Assembly: GCA_963710755.1 (NCBI GenBank)
Contig: CAVQBK010000003.1
Location: 800,001-864,000 of the forward strand
Direction: 5' to 3'
Length of the DNA: 64,000 nucleotides
Source: an uncultured bacterium
Lineage (GTDB): Bacteria > Oederibacteriota > JAAXVQ01 > JAUVAV01
Translations under genes and position numbers: made by a program
The notes under the pieces: generated by a model
Seen by the model: only the letters and a program-made list of their open reading frames with translations
The model's database searches: none
What the model was told of the DNA's origin: nothing
Shown: positions 50,056 to 60,072 of the stretch, piece after piece
How positions within the stretch are numbered: the first letter of the stretch is position 1
Layout of the letters: each line of letters begins with the position of its first letter

Positions 50056-51467
50056 TGAACCAAGACTCAATGCAAAGTTTAAAGCAGGGTAATCTAACCC
50101 CCCGGGAAATTGTGAAAGAACTGGACAAATATATTATTGGCCAGCATCAGGCCAAGCGCATTGTGGCCATTGCCCTGCGCAACCGCCTGCGGCGTCGGCT
50201 ATTGCCCGAGCTTATGCGCCAGGAAGTATCGCCGAAAAATATTATTTTGATCGGCCCCACCGGCGTGGGCAAGACCGAAATTGCCCGCCGGTTGGCGGCG
50301 CTGAGCAATGCGCCTTTTATCAAAGTGGAAGCTTCCAAATACACGGAAGTGGGGTATGTAGGCCGGGATGTAGAATCCATGATACGCGATCTGGTGCAGC
50401 AAGCCGTCAATATGGTGCGCGAGGAACGCTTCAGTCAGGTGCGGGAAAAAGTGGAAGCTACAGTCACCGATCGGCTGGTGGATCTGCTTGTGCCGGAGGT
50501 GTATTCCAAACCTGCGGGGTTTGTGGCCGCCCCGCCTGCTCAGGAAGAAGAGCAACAACGCCGGCAACGGCTGCAGGAAGCGCGTGTCAAGGTACGCCAG
50601 CAATTACTCAACCATGAACTGGATCAGGAAATGGTGGAGATGGAAATCAAGGAAAGCGCTATGCCCATGTTAGAAATTTTTTCCGGCAACAATATGGAGG
50701 AACTGGGTATGAATATTCAGGACATGATTCAGAATATCATGCCCGGCGGCATGGGGAGCGGAGCCGGGAAAAAGCGCAAGATCAAGGTGGAAGAAGCACG
50801 ACGCCTGCTTATCCAGGAAGAGTCCAACCGTCAGGTGGACATGGGAGAAATTAAAAAGGAAGCCGTCCGCCGGACTGAAGAAATGGGCATTGTCTTTATT
50901 GACGAAATCGACAAGGTGGCGGGACGGGAACAGATGAAAGGTCCCGATGTTTCCCGGGAAGGGGTGCAGCGTGACCTGCTGCCCATTGTGGAAGGTACCA
51001 CGGTCAACACCCGCAATGGGGAAGTCAAGACCCATCACATTCTGTTTATTGCCGCCGGTGCTTTTCATGTTTCCAAACCGGCTGATCTGATTCCCGAGAT
51101 GCAGGGCCGCTTTCCTTTGCGGGCAGAGCTGACTTCCCTGCAGGTGGAAGATTTCGAGCGAATCCTGACCGAGCCACGACAGGCCCTGACCAAGCAATAT
51201 AAGGCTTTGCTGGAAACAGAGGATATCAAGCTTGACTTTACCCCGGAAGCCATCAAACGCATGGCCGAGGTGGCCTTCCAGGCTAATGAAATGACCGAAG
51301 ACATCGGGGCCAGGCGCCTGCATACGGTAATCGAACGGATACTTGAGGACGTCAGTTTCAATGCCTCTGAAATGCCCGGCAATACGGTCACCATCACCCC
51401 GGCCTATGTGGATGAGCGCATTGGGGATCTGCTCAAAGAGCAGGATCTGAGCCGGTATATTTTGTGA
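50052..51467 (+). CDS. hslU: ATP-dependent protease ATPase HslU
   Basis: [23 protein letters not shown] and DLSRYIL motifs. Confidence 0.97.
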   Translation: MMNQDSMQSLKQGNLTPREIVKELDKYIIGQHQAKRIVAIALRNRLRRRLLPELMRQEVSPKNIILIGPTGVGKTEIARRLAALSNAPFIKVEASKYTEVGYVGRDVESMIRDLVQQAVNMVREERFSQVREKVEATVTDRLVDLLVPEVYSKPAGFVAAPPAQEEEQQRRQRLQEARVKVRQQLLNHELDQEMVEMEIKESAMPMLEIFSGNNMEELGMNIQDMIQNIMPGGMGSGAGKKRKIKVEEARRLLIQEESNRQVDMGEIKKEAVRRTEEMGIVFIDEIDKVAGREQMKGPDVSREGVQRDLLPIVEGTTVNTRNGEVKTHHILFIAAGAFHVSKPADLIPEMQGRFPLRAELTSLQVEDFERILTEPRQALTKQYKALLETEDIKLDFTPEAIKRMAEVAFQANEMTEDIGARRLHTVIERILEDVSFNASEMPGNTVTITPAYVDERIGDLLKEQDLSRYIL

Positions 51468-51607
51468 GCACCGAGCCTTTCTTGGAACGGCCGGGCGCAT
51501 GACCTCCTGGTATGGCCTTCGCGGCCGGCCGCGTATTTTTCTTCAAAGCTAAATTAAACGTCTTGGTCGAGTCCCAAAGAACAACTAAGGTGATTGAGGT
51601 GACGGTG

Positions 51608-52483
51608 GTGGAAGCATTAATTAATAAAGCCAAAGTATTAATTGAAGCCTTGCCGTACATTAAATCCTTCTGGGGCAAAACGGTGGTGATTAAATACGGC
51701 GGCAGTGCCATGACCGATGAAACCCTGCAGGATGAAGTCATGCAGGATCTGGTGCTGATGAAATACGTGGGCATGAATCCGGTGGTGGTCCATGGCGGTG
51801 GTCCGGAGATTACCAAAACCATGGAAGCCATGGGCAAACCGGTGCAATTTATTGAAGGCCGACGCGTGACCGATGCGGCCAGCATGGAGATCATTGAAAT
51901 GGTGCTGGTCGGGAAACTGAATCAGCGCATCGTGGCCCGTATCAATCAACATGGGGGCTGGGCCGTGGGGTTGTCGGGCAAAGACGGCGGCCTGCTTAAA
52001 TCAGAAAAAATGCGCAGCCCTGGTCCGGATATGGGCTTTGTCGGTGAAGTGGTGGAAGTCAATCCGGAGATCATCCGCACCTTGGACCGGGAACAATTTA
52101 TCCCCGTGATCGCACCGGTGGGTGTAGACAGCCAAGGCCAGGCCTACAATAATAATGCCGATGATGTGGCCTCGGCCATTGCCGTGGCCCTGAAAGCGGA
52201 TAAATTGGTACTGCTCACCGACGTACCGGGTATCATGCGTGATCCCAGCGACCGTGGCAGTTTGATCTCAACGGTGAGCACCAATGAAATCACCACCCTG
52301 ATTGATGAGGGTGTGATCAAAGGGGGCATGCTGCCCAAAGTCCGGGCTTGCGAACGGGCTTTGAAGGCCGGGGTGGGCAAAACCCATATTATTGACGGCA
52401 GGGTGTCCCACGCTTTATTGCTGGAAATTTTTACGGACCAGGGCATTGGCACGGAGATGGTCCGTTGTCTCAACGAAGCATGA
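51608..52483 (+). CDS. argB: Acetylglutamate kinase
   Basis: EALPYI, KYGG, HGGGP and GGMLPKV motifs. GTG start at 51605 or 51608. Confidence 0.95.
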   Translation: MEALINKAKVLIEALPYIKSFWGKTVVIKYGGSAMTDETLQDEVMQDLVLMKYVGMNPVVVHGGGPEITKTMEAMGKPVQFIEGRRVTDAASMEIIEMVLVGKLNQRIVARINQHGGWAVGLSGKDGGLLKSEKMRSPGPDMGFVGEVVEVNPEIIRTLDREQFIPVIAPVGVDSQGQAYNNNADDVASAIAVALKADKLVLLTDVPGIMRDPSDRGSLISTVSTNEITTLIDEGVIKGGMLPKVRACERALKAGVGKTHIIDGRVSHALLLEIFTDQGIGTEMVRCLNEA

Positions 52484-52573
52484 ATTACCTCGCTTAAATG
52501 GAATAACCACAGGAGTAAAAAAAATTTGCTTCTGGGTAGAGCATTGGCGCTAACGGAACTAAAGGAGAGAGTC

Positions 52574-53773
52574 GTGACGAAAAAGGAGATCATGCAAACC
52601 GAAGCTGCGGTGATCGCCCGCACCTTCAACCGTTATCCCGTGGTATTCCAGAAAGGTGAAGGCAGCCTGTTGTGGGATAGTGAAGGCAAAGAGTACCTGG
52701 ACTTTTTTTCAGGGCATGCGGTCATGAGCCTGGGCTACCATCATCCCGAGCAGATGAAAGCTATGCAGCAACAATTGAAACAACTGGTGCATACGGGCAA
52801 TTTGTATTATCTGGAACCGCAGGTGGAATTGGCGCGCTTGTTGGTGGAACACAGCTTTGGGGATAAAGTGTTTTTTTCCAACAGCGGCGCCGAAATTGTG
52901 GAATTGGGCATCAAGGTGGCGCGCAAATGGGCCCGTCAACAGAATCCCCGGGAAAACCGGTTCGAACTGTTGACGGTAAGGGGTTCTTTTCACGGCCGCA
53001 CCTATGGCGCCATTAGCGCCAGCGGGCAGGATAAACTGCATGCCGGCATGGAACCGTTGTTGCCGGGGTTTAAATATGTTTTTCGCAATGATTTCACCTC
53101 GGTGGCCTCGGCCATTACCAATAAAACCTGTGCGGTGATGGTGGAGCCGGTGCAAGGTGAGGGTGGCATTCATCCCAGCCAGAAAGCGTATCTGGAAAAA
53201 TTAAGGGATTTGTGTGACCGTAACCAGCTGCTGCTCATCTTCGATGAAATACAATGCGGCCTGGGGCGCAGCGGCCAGGTGCATGCTTATGAGCATTATG
53301 GCGTGGTACCTGATATCCTGCTGCTGGCCAAACCCTTGGGCGGAGGCTTGCCCATTTCCGCCTTGGTGACCACGGCTACTATTGCCGGGGCCATGCAGGT
53401 GGGTGATCATGGCAGTACTTTTGGCGGCAATCCCGTGGCTGCGGCCGCGGGCGTCGTCCTGCTGCAACAGCTGATCAAACCGGGATTTTTAAAGCAGGTG
53501 CAGGCCAAGGCCAAACAGATGGAGGAGCAGTTAAACACACTGGCCCACAAACATGCCGATTTGGTGACCGAAGTGCGCGGCCTGGGCCTGATGTGGGGCA
53601 TGGAGGTTAAGGAGCATGGACCGGCTATGGTGCAAAAGGCCCTGGAGGCGGGTTTGGTTATTAATTGCACGGCTGGGCAAGTGTTGCGCTTTTTACCGGC
53701 TCTGACGGTCAGTGAGCAGCAGATCGACGAGATGATTAAAATTTTGGATAAAGTCCTGAAGCATTTCAAATAG
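52574..53773 (+). CDS. argD: Acetylornithine aminotransferase
   Basis: SFHGRT, EPVQGEGG, DEIQCG, AKPLGGG and HGSTFGGNP motifs. GTG start at 52574 after AAGGAG. Confidence 0.93.
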   Translation: MTKKEIMQTEAAVIARTFNRYPVVFQKGEGSLLWDSEGKEYLDFFSGHAVMSLGYHHPEQMKAMQQQLKQLVHTGNLYYLEPQVELARLLVEHSFGDKVFFSNSGAEIVELGIKVARKWARQQNPRENRFELLTVRGSFHGRTYGAISASGQDKLHAGMEPLLPGFKYVFRNDFTSVASAITNKTCAVMVEPVQGEGGIHPSQKAYLEKLRDLCDRNQLLLIFDEIQCGLGRSGQVHAYEHYGVVPDILLLAKPLGGGLPISALVTTATIAGAMQVGDHGSTFGGNPVAAAAGVVLLQQLIKPGFLKQVQAKAKQMEEQLNTLAHKHADLVTEVRGLGLMWGMEVKEHGPAMVQKALEAGLVINCTAGQVLRFLPALTVSEQQIDEMIKILDKVLKHFK

Positions 53774-53807
53774 ATTGCCAGGTTAATGTTACTTTTGGAG
53801 GAGTAAG

Positions 53808-54788
53808 ATGAGTGTAACAAAAAAAAGTACTAAAAAAACAACCAAACCGGCCGGGAAAAAATTGAACGTTGACAGTCTCCTGACCGTTGCCCAACTCTCC
53901 CACCGGGATGTGGAGTTAATTTTAAAAACCGCCCTCGACTTAAAGGCCGCCCACCGCAAAGGCAAGAACGAACCAATATTGCAAGGCAAAATTCTGGCCG
54001 CTATTTTTGATAAAAGCTCCACCCGCACCCGCGTTTCCTTTGATGTTGCCATGTCGCAATTGGGCGGGCGCATGCTCTATATGTCGGGCAAGGAGATGCA
54101 GCTGGACCGGGGCGAGAGTATTGCCGATACGGCCAAAGTCCTGTCCCGCTATGTGGACGGCATTGTCATCCGCACCGACATCCATCGTAAGATTGTGGAT
54201 ATGGCCAAAGCTTCTCAAGTGCCCGTGATCAATGCCCTGACCGATTATGCCCATCCTTGCCAGGCCCTGGCTGATTGTTTGACCATCAAGGAGAAATTCG
54301 GAAAATTAAAGGGTCTGTCTTTAGCCTATGTAGGCGACAGCAACAACGTGGCCCGGTCCCTGATTTTCGCGGCCGCCAAGACCGGTCTCTCGCTGCATAT
54401 CGCGTCACCCCTGGGCTATGAAATGGATAAACACACCATCGAGGTCAGCGAGCAAGACCGCCGTCAAAGCGGCGGAGACTTGTTTTTAAGTATGGATCCC
54501 GGACGGGCCGTGCGTGATGCCCAGGTGGTATACACCGACGTATGGGTTTCCATGGGCCAGGAAAAAGAACAAGCTCAGCGTCTGCGGGCCCTTAAAAAAT
54601 ATCAAGTCAATGAAAAATTGATGAGCCAGGCGGCATCCAACGCCGTGTTTATGCACTGCCTGCCCGCACATCGCGGTCAGGAAGTGTCGGACGCTGTCAT
54701 GGACGGTCCGCAATCGATTGTGTTTGATCAGGCGGAAAACCGCTTGCATGTGCAAAAAGCCATCCTGGCGTTGATGTTGAAATCCTAA
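53808..54788 (+). CDS. argF: Ornithine carbamoyltransferase
   Basis: SSTRT, HPCQ, DVWVSMG and HCLP motifs. Confidence 0.96.
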   Translation: MSVTKKSTKKTTKPAGKKLNVDSLLTVAQLSHRDVELILKTALDLKAAHRKGKNEPILQGKILAAIFDKSSTRTRVSFDVAMSQLGGRMLYMSGKEMQLDRGESIADTAKVLSRYVDGIVIRTDIHRKIVDMAKASQVPVINALTDYAHPCQALADCLTIKEKFGKLKGLSLAYVGDSNNVARSLIFAAAKTGLSLHIASPLGYEMDKHTIEVSEQDRRQSGGDLFLSMDPGRAVRDAQVVYTDVWVSMGQEKEQAQRLRALKKYQVNEKLMSQAASNAVFMHCLPAHRGQEVSDAVMDGPQSIVFDQAENRLHVQKAILALMLKS

Positions 54789-54951
54789 GCCCACCAAGGC
54801 GGAATAAAAGATTTATCCCAAACCAAGTCGCAAAGGACGCCAAGCCGGGGTTTAACATCCCCCTTCGTTTAAATTTTGGAGGACACAAGTGCAGAGCCGC
54901 TGCAGACGATAGCTTGGTTGCTCTGCGTTGCCCCTTGGTGTTTTTTGCCTG

Positions 54952-54980
54952 TGCAGGGGCGGGCATGCCGCGCCCCTGCA
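54952..54980. repeat. REP-like palindromic hairpin
   Basis: TGCAGGGGCG-GGCATGCCG-CGCCCCTGCA. Confidence 0.7.
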
Positions 54981-55003
54981 ACGATAATAAAACAGGAAAG
55001 CCT

Positions 55004-55735
55004 ATGGCCAAAACAACAGCACCCAATCCGCTCGGAGCAGACAGGGCACAACCCACCTTGTCGATTGTCATGCCGGTTTATAATGAAGAGGCCACCCTTG
55101 AGGAAATCATGGCCCGCATTCGCCGGGTGCCCATGGCCAAGGAGATTATCGCCGTAGACGATGCCTCTACTGACCGCTCCGCGGAAATATTGGCCAACCT
55201 GGCCGGCCCTGACCTCAAAGTGATCCGGTTTGCCCGCAACCAGGGCAAAGGCGCAGCCCTGCATGAAGCCATCCGGCAGGCGCGCAACGATGTGATTATC
55301 ATTCAGGATGCGGATTTGGAATACGATCCCGGGGATTATCCCGAACTGGTGGCGCCCATCGCCCTGGGGGTGGCGGATGTGGTTTATGGCAGCCGCTTTG
55401 TCACCGCCAAAGCCAGGCGTATTCATTTTTTCTGGCATTATGTGGCCAACCAAATGTTGACCACTTTATGCAACATGTTCGCCAACCTAAATCTGACGGA
55501 TATGGAAACCTGCTACAAAGCGTTTAAGCGGGAACGACTGCAGGCAGTGGTCCTGAAGGAAAAACGGTTTGGCTTCGAACCGGAGGTTACCCTGAAAATG
55601 GCAAGACTGGGCTTCTGCTTTTATGAAGTCGGCATTGCTTATTATGGCCGTACTTACAAGGAAGGCAAGAAAATAGGGTTCAAGGATGCCTTGCGGGCTG
55701 TTTACTGTATCTTAAAATATGGGTTATTCCGATAA
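55004..55735 (+). CDS. GT2 glycosyltransferase (DPM1-like / polyprenol-phosphate glycosyltransferase)
   Basis: MPVYNE, VDDASTD, QDADLEY, DMETCYK and FEPE motifs. Start at ATG 55004. Confidence 0.9.
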   Translation: MAKTTAPNPLGADRAQPTLSIVMPVYNEEATLEEIMARIRRVPMAKEIIAVDDASTDRSAEILANLAGPDLKVIRFARNQGKGAALHEAIRQARNDVIIIQDADLEYDPGDYPELVAPIALGVADVVYGSRFVTAKARRIHFFWHYVANQMLTTLCNMFANLNLTDMETCYKAFKRERLQAVVLKEKRFGFEPEVTLKMARLGFCFYEVGIAYYGRTYKEGKKIGFKDALRAVYCILKYGLFR

Positions 55736-55800
55736 ACCCGGGCATCAACCTAAATCGGCGATGCTGGATATTAAGATCGGAACGGGTGAAGCTTTTCGTC

Positions 55801-55837
55801 CAGCCTTGGGGCGGGTTTCAAACCCGCCCCAAGGCTG
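55801..55837. repeat. REP-like perfect palindrome (18-bp arms)
   Basis: CAGCCTTGGGGCGGGTTT-C-AAACCCGCCCCAAGGCTG. Confidence 0.75.
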
Positions 55838-55916
55838 CCGGATCCAACAAGGGGTGCCTTATTAACCCGAAAAACGCAAATCTTGTAGGCATAGAATCCA
55901 ATAAAGGAGCACTCTC

Positions 55917-57143
55917 ATGAGCATAAAAAAAATCGTTTTAGCCTATTCTGGCGGACTGGACACTTCGGTGATTATCCCCTGGCTTAAGGATCAATACCAA
56001 TGCGAGGTCATTGCCTGTGCAGCGGATGTGGGGCAGGAGGAAGAATTAAAAGGTCTGCCGGCCAAAGCCAAAAAAACCGGAGCCTCCAAATGTTATGTAC
56101 TCGATCTCAAGAAAGAATTTGCGGAAGAGTATCTCTTGCCCCTGATCAAATCGGGTGCGATCTATGAAAACAAGTATTTACTGGGTACGTCCATTGCCCG
56201 GCCGGTGATTGCCAAACACCAGGTGGCCGTGGCCTTGAAAGAAGGCGCTGATGCCGTGGCCCATGGCTGCACAGGCAAGGGCAATGATCAGGTCCGGTTT
56301 GAATTGACCTATCAGGCCTTGGCCCCCCAGCTCAAAGTGGTGGCACCCTGGCGTGATGCCCGTTGGACCATCCGGTCGCGGGAAGACGCTATCGCCTATG
56401 CCAAGAAAAAAAAGATTCCCATCTCTCAAAGTTTGAAGAAAATCTACAGCCGCGATCGCAACCTCTGGCACATCTCTCATGAGGGCGCGGAATTGGAAAA
56501 TCCCTGGCTGGAACCCAAAAAAGAAGTATGGATGCTGACTCAGGATCCACAAAAAGCGCCCAATCAACCGGAGACCATTACCATTGGTTTTCAGGCCGGC
56601 AAACCGGTGAGTTTAAATGGCCGGGCCATGGGCCTGGTCAGCTTGATTCAAGCCTTGAACCGCTTGGCGGGCAAGCATGGTGTGGGGCGTACCGATCTGG
56701 TGGAGAACCGTTTGGTGGGCATGAAATCGCGCGGGGCTTATGAGACACCGGGCGGCACGGTGCTGGTGGCAGCTACCCATGAGTTGTGCAGTCTGGTGCT
56801 GGACCGCGACAGCATGCGCCAGCGTCAGCAGTTGGCCTTGACCTATGCTGATCTGGTGTACAACGGCCAATGGTTTACACCACTGCGTGAAGCCATCGAT
56901 GCTTTCATGAACACGTTGCTGTCCGATGTCACCGGTGAAGTACGAATGAAATTATTCAAGGGACAGGTTATGGCTGTGGGGCGCAAGTCTCCCTACTCCT
57001 TGTTCTCCGAAGCCTTGGCCACCTTTGGCGCGGACGAGGTGTATCGCCAAGCCGATGCTACCGGATTCATTACGCTACTAGGCCTGCCCCTGCGCGTACG
57101 GGCCGGCCTGAAAAAAGCTGTGCCTAAAAAAAGAAAGAAATAA
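55917..57143 (+). CDS. argG: Argininosuccinate synthase
   Basis: [22 protein letters not shown] and [11 protein letters not shown] motifs. Confidence 0.98.
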   Translation: MSIKKIVLAYSGGLDTSVIIPWLKDQYQCEVIACAADVGQEEELKGLPAKAKKTGASKCYVLDLKKEFAEEYLLPLIKSGAIYENKYLLGTSIARPVIAKHQVAVALKEGADAVAHGCTGKGNDQVRFELTYQALAPQLKVVAPWRDARWTIRSREDAIAYAKKKKIPISQSLKKIYSRDRNLWHISHEGAELENPWLEPKKEVWMLTQDPQKAPNQPETITIGFQAGKPVSLNGRAMGLVSLIQALNRLAGKHGVGRTDLVENRLVGMKSRGAYETPGGTVLVAATHELCSLVLDRDSMRQRQQLALTYADLVYNGQWFTPLREAIDAFMNTLLSDVTGEVRMKLFKGQVMAVGRKSPYSLFSEALATFGADEVYRQADATGFITLLGLPLRVRAGLKKAVPKKRKK

Positions 57144-57162
57144 TCGGGGTAGGGCCTAATCG

Positions 57163-57192
57163 TGCAGGGAACAGTCGCGACCATTCCCTGCA
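57163..57192. repeat. REP-like palindromic hairpin, same family as 5714-5742
   Basis: TGCAGGGAACAGTCGCGACCATTCCCTGCA. Confidence 0.7.
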
Positions 57193-57230
57193 GCGGCACC
57201 TTATAGTTCACATCAAGGGATGGTGATCCA

Positions 57231-58652
57231 ATGACACGCTCTTCTAAAAGCAAAGCACCGCGCAAAGCCTGGGCCGGCCGTTTTACCAAGGGGCCTGATC
57301 CCAGGGCAGAAGCTTTTAGCGCCTCCTGTGCGGTAGACCTGCGGTTGTTGCCTTACGACGTTATGGGAAGCAAGGCTCATGCTCGAATGCTGGCTGCCCA
57401 GGGCATCATTACCGCCAAAGAAGGCCGGACTTTGGAAAAAGGCCTCGATCAGATTTACCAGGCCTGGCTGCAAGGTAAAGTGATGCAAAAAGTCCAGGAT
57501 GAAGATGTCCACATGCTGGTGGAGCGCCTGCTCTATGACTTGGTCGGTCCGGTGGCCGGGAAGTTGCATACCGGCCGTTCCCGCAATGATCAAGTCATCA
57601 CGGATTTCAAACTCTATCTGCGGGTGGAAGTAGCGGTGGTGCGGCGTGCTTTGCAGCAGGTGCAGAAATCCTTGCTTCAACTGGCCCAGTCTCATGCGGA
57701 TTGCATCATGCCCGGATATACCCATCTGCAAATTGCTCAGCCCGTTCTGGTCAGTCACTGGCTGCTGGCTCACCTGGAAGCATTTTACCGTGACGAAAAA
57801 CGCTTTGAAAGTCTGCTGGAAGGCGGCCTGGATGAAAGTCCCCTGGGTGCAGCGGCCTTGGCCGGCACCAGTCATCCTATTGACCGCGCCATGACGGCTG
57901 CCTTGTTGGGGTTTGGCAGTGTCACTGCCAATTCCATGGATACGGTTGCTGATCGTGACTATGCCCTGGAATTTTTAAGTGCAGCCTCCATCTGCGGGGT
58001 GCATCTTTCCCGTCTGGCCGAGGAGCTGGTGCTTTATTCTTCTTCGGAGTTTAAATTTTTAAGCATGGACCAAGGCTTCTCTACCGGCTCATCCATCATG
58101 CCCCAAAAACGCAATCCTGATATTGCCGAGCTCATCCGGGGCAGGGTAGGCCGGTTAAATGGCAACCTGTTGGCCTTGTTGACGGTCATGAAAGGTCTGC
58201 CTTTGACCTATAACCGCGACCTGCAGGAGGACAAAGAGCCGGTTTTTGCCAGTGCCGACAATTTGGTGGAATGTTTGACCGTATTGGCGCCCATGCTGGA
58301 AGGCCTGACGTTTCACCCGCAGCGCATGGAACAAGCCTGTCAGCAAGGGTTTCCCACTGCCACGGAAGCTGCTGATCATTTGGTGCGCCAAGGCTTGCCT
58401 TTCCGGGAAGCCCATGAAGTGATTGGCCGGATTGTCACCCACTGCAGCCGGGAGCAACGCGCGCTGGAAGGGTTAAGCTATGAAGAGTGGAAAGCCTTCC
58501 ATGCGCTTTTTAAGCCGTCCATTGTGCAGGACGTGACCTTGCACACCAGTGTGGCGGCCAAAACTTCGGCCGGAGGCACAGCGCCGGCGGAAGTGAACCG
58601 GGCAATCAAAAAACATGCCAGGCGCTTGAACAAATTAGAAATAAAAGATTGA
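57231..58652 (+). CDS. argH: Argininosuccinate lyase
   Basis: HTGRSRNDQ, GYTHLQ, GSSIMPQKRNPD and YNRDLQEDK motifs. Confidence 0.98.
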   Translation: MTRSSKSKAPRKAWAGRFTKGPDPRAEAFSASCAVDLRLLPYDVMGSKAHARMLAAQGIITAKEGRTLEKGLDQIYQAWLQGKVMQKVQDEDVHMLVERLLYDLVGPVAGKLHTGRSRNDQVITDFKLYLRVEVAVVRRALQQVQKSLLQLAQSHADCIMPGYTHLQIAQPVLVSHWLLAHLEAFYRDEKRFESLLEGGLDESPLGAAALAGTSHPIDRAMTAALLGFGSVTANSMDTVADRDYALEFLSAASICGVHLSRLAEELVLYSSSEFKFLSMDQGFSTGSSIMPQKRNPDIAELIRGRVGRLNGNLLALLTVMKGLPLTYNRDLQEDKEPVFASADNLVECLTVLAPMLEGLTFHPQRMEQACQQGFPTATEAADHLVRQGLPFREAHEVIGRIVTHCSREQRALEGLSYEEWKAFHALFKPSIVQDVTLHTSVAAKTSAGGTAPAEVNRAIKKHARRLNKLEIKD

Positions 58653-58678
58653 CACTAAACCAGGCGGGCGGGTAAAAT
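58649..58678 (+). promoter_or_regulatory. Sigma70-type promoter of the ABC ATPase gene
   Basis: TTGACA-N18-TAAAAT. Confidence 0.6.
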
Positions 58679-58771
58679 ACCTTCCAAATAAATGCTTTTC
58701 TGGTATCTTTCAGGTCCTGCCGATTATATTCATATCCTTTAGATGATTGACAAGGGTTGAGGAGGTTCGTC

Positions 58772-59872
58772 TTGGCACGTGTAGTGTTAAAAAACGTTTG
58801 GAAACGCTTTGGCAGCGTGGAAGCAGTAAAAAATGTCAGTTTAACATGTGAAGACAAGGAGTTTATTGTCCTGGTAGGTCCTTCCGGCTGCGGCAAGTCC
58901 ACAACGCTTAGACTGGTAGCTGGTTTGGAAGAAATTTCCGATGGCGAAATTCTTATTGACGACCAAATGGTCAATGATGTGCCGCCCAAGGATCGTGACA
59001 TTGCCATGGTCTTTCAAAATTATGCCCTCTATCCGCATATGACAGTGTATGAAAACATGGCCTTTGGGCTGAAACTGAAAAAACTGCCGGCTGATGACAT
59101 CAAGCAACGGGTCATGGAAGCTGCCGAAATTCTAAGCATTAAAAACATTCTGGACCGCCGGCCCAAGGAACTTTCCGGTGGCCAGCGCCAGCGCGTGGCC
59201 GTAGGCCGGGCTATTGTTCGCAAACCTAAAGTTTTTTTATTCGACGAACCGCTCTCTAATCTGGATGCCAAACTGCGTGTACAGATGCGCGCTGAGATCA
59301 GCAAGCTCCATACCCGCCTTCAGGCCACCATGATTTATGTCACCCACGATCAGGTGGAAGCTATGACCATGGGTGACCGAATTGTAGTGATGCGTGACGG
59401 ATTCATTCAGCAAATCGCCGATCCCATTACCCTTTATGATCAACCCAACAACCGCTTCGTGGCCGGGTTTATTGGTTCTCCGTCCATGAATTTTATGGAG
59501 GGCACCTTGATCAAAAAGAAGGACGCCCTTTACTTTTCTGAGGAAAATTTTACGGTTAAAATCCATGATGACCATGTGGCCACACTGGAAGAATTTGTGG
59601 GCAAGGACATCACTCTGGGTATTCGTCCTGAATACATTTTTGATAAAGTCTACGCCTCTAATGCCTCTCCCGATAACACCATTACAGCCACGGTGGAAGT
59701 GGTGGAACCCATGGGTGCGGAGGCTTACCTGTATTTGACCACCGGCAAGAGCCCCTTCATCGCCCGCGTGGATTCTTATGAACAGCTGGAAGTCAACCAG
59801 GATATTGATCTGGTATTTGACATGAGCAAAGCTCATTTCTTTGATAAAGAAAATGAGCAAACGATTGTTTGA
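58772..59872 (+). CDS. Sugar ABC transporter ATP-binding protein (MsmX/MalK/UgpC family), stand-alone
   Basis: GPSGCGKST, FQNYALYPH, LSGGQRQR and DEPLSNLD motifs. TTG start at 58772 after GGAGG. Confidence 0.95.
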   Translation: MARVVLKNVWKRFGSVEAVKNVSLTCEDKEFIVLVGPSGCGKSTTLRLVAGLEEISDGEILIDDQMVNDVPPKDRDIAMVFQNYALYPHMTVYENMAFGLKLKKLPADDIKQRVMEAAEILSIKNILDRRPKELSGGQRQRVAVGRAIVRKPKVFLFDEPLSNLDAKLRVQMRAEISKLHTRLQATMIYVTHDQVEAMTMGDRIVVMRDGFIQQIADPITLYDQPNNRFVAGFIGSPSMNFMEGTLIKKKDALYFSEENFTVKIHDDHVATLEEFVGKDITLGIRPEYIFDKVYASNASPDNTITATVEVVEPMGAEAYLYLTTGKSPFIARVDSYEQLEVNQDIDLVFDMSKAHFFDKENEQTIV

Positions 59873-59912
59873 CCCCTGGTTGACAGCAAAGGTTACCAAT
59901 GGCTAAACGACC

Positions 59913-59948
59913 AAGCGGCGTGCCACCATGGGGCACGCCGCTTTTTTT
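59913..59948 (+). terminator. Rho-independent terminator
   Basis: AAGCGGCGTGCC-ACCATGG-GGCACGCCGCTT followed by a T tract. Confidence 0.88.
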
Positions 59949-60072
59949 ATCCTGGGAATCCAACCGCCCAGCAACTTGCTGCGGGAATAGGTGTATTGAC
60001 CAACAAGCTGTTTCCTCCGCCCCGAACAAAAGGACGCGCCGCCAACAAGCTGGCTTTTTACCCTGGCTGACG

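Noticed and set aside
50670-51500. 276-aa antisense ORF over hslU
   Set aside because: A shadow of a conserved sense gene.
59899-60072. ORF-track N-terminal extension of the LptD-like gene
   Set aside because: It runs through a clear intrinsic terminator; the true start is probably downstream.
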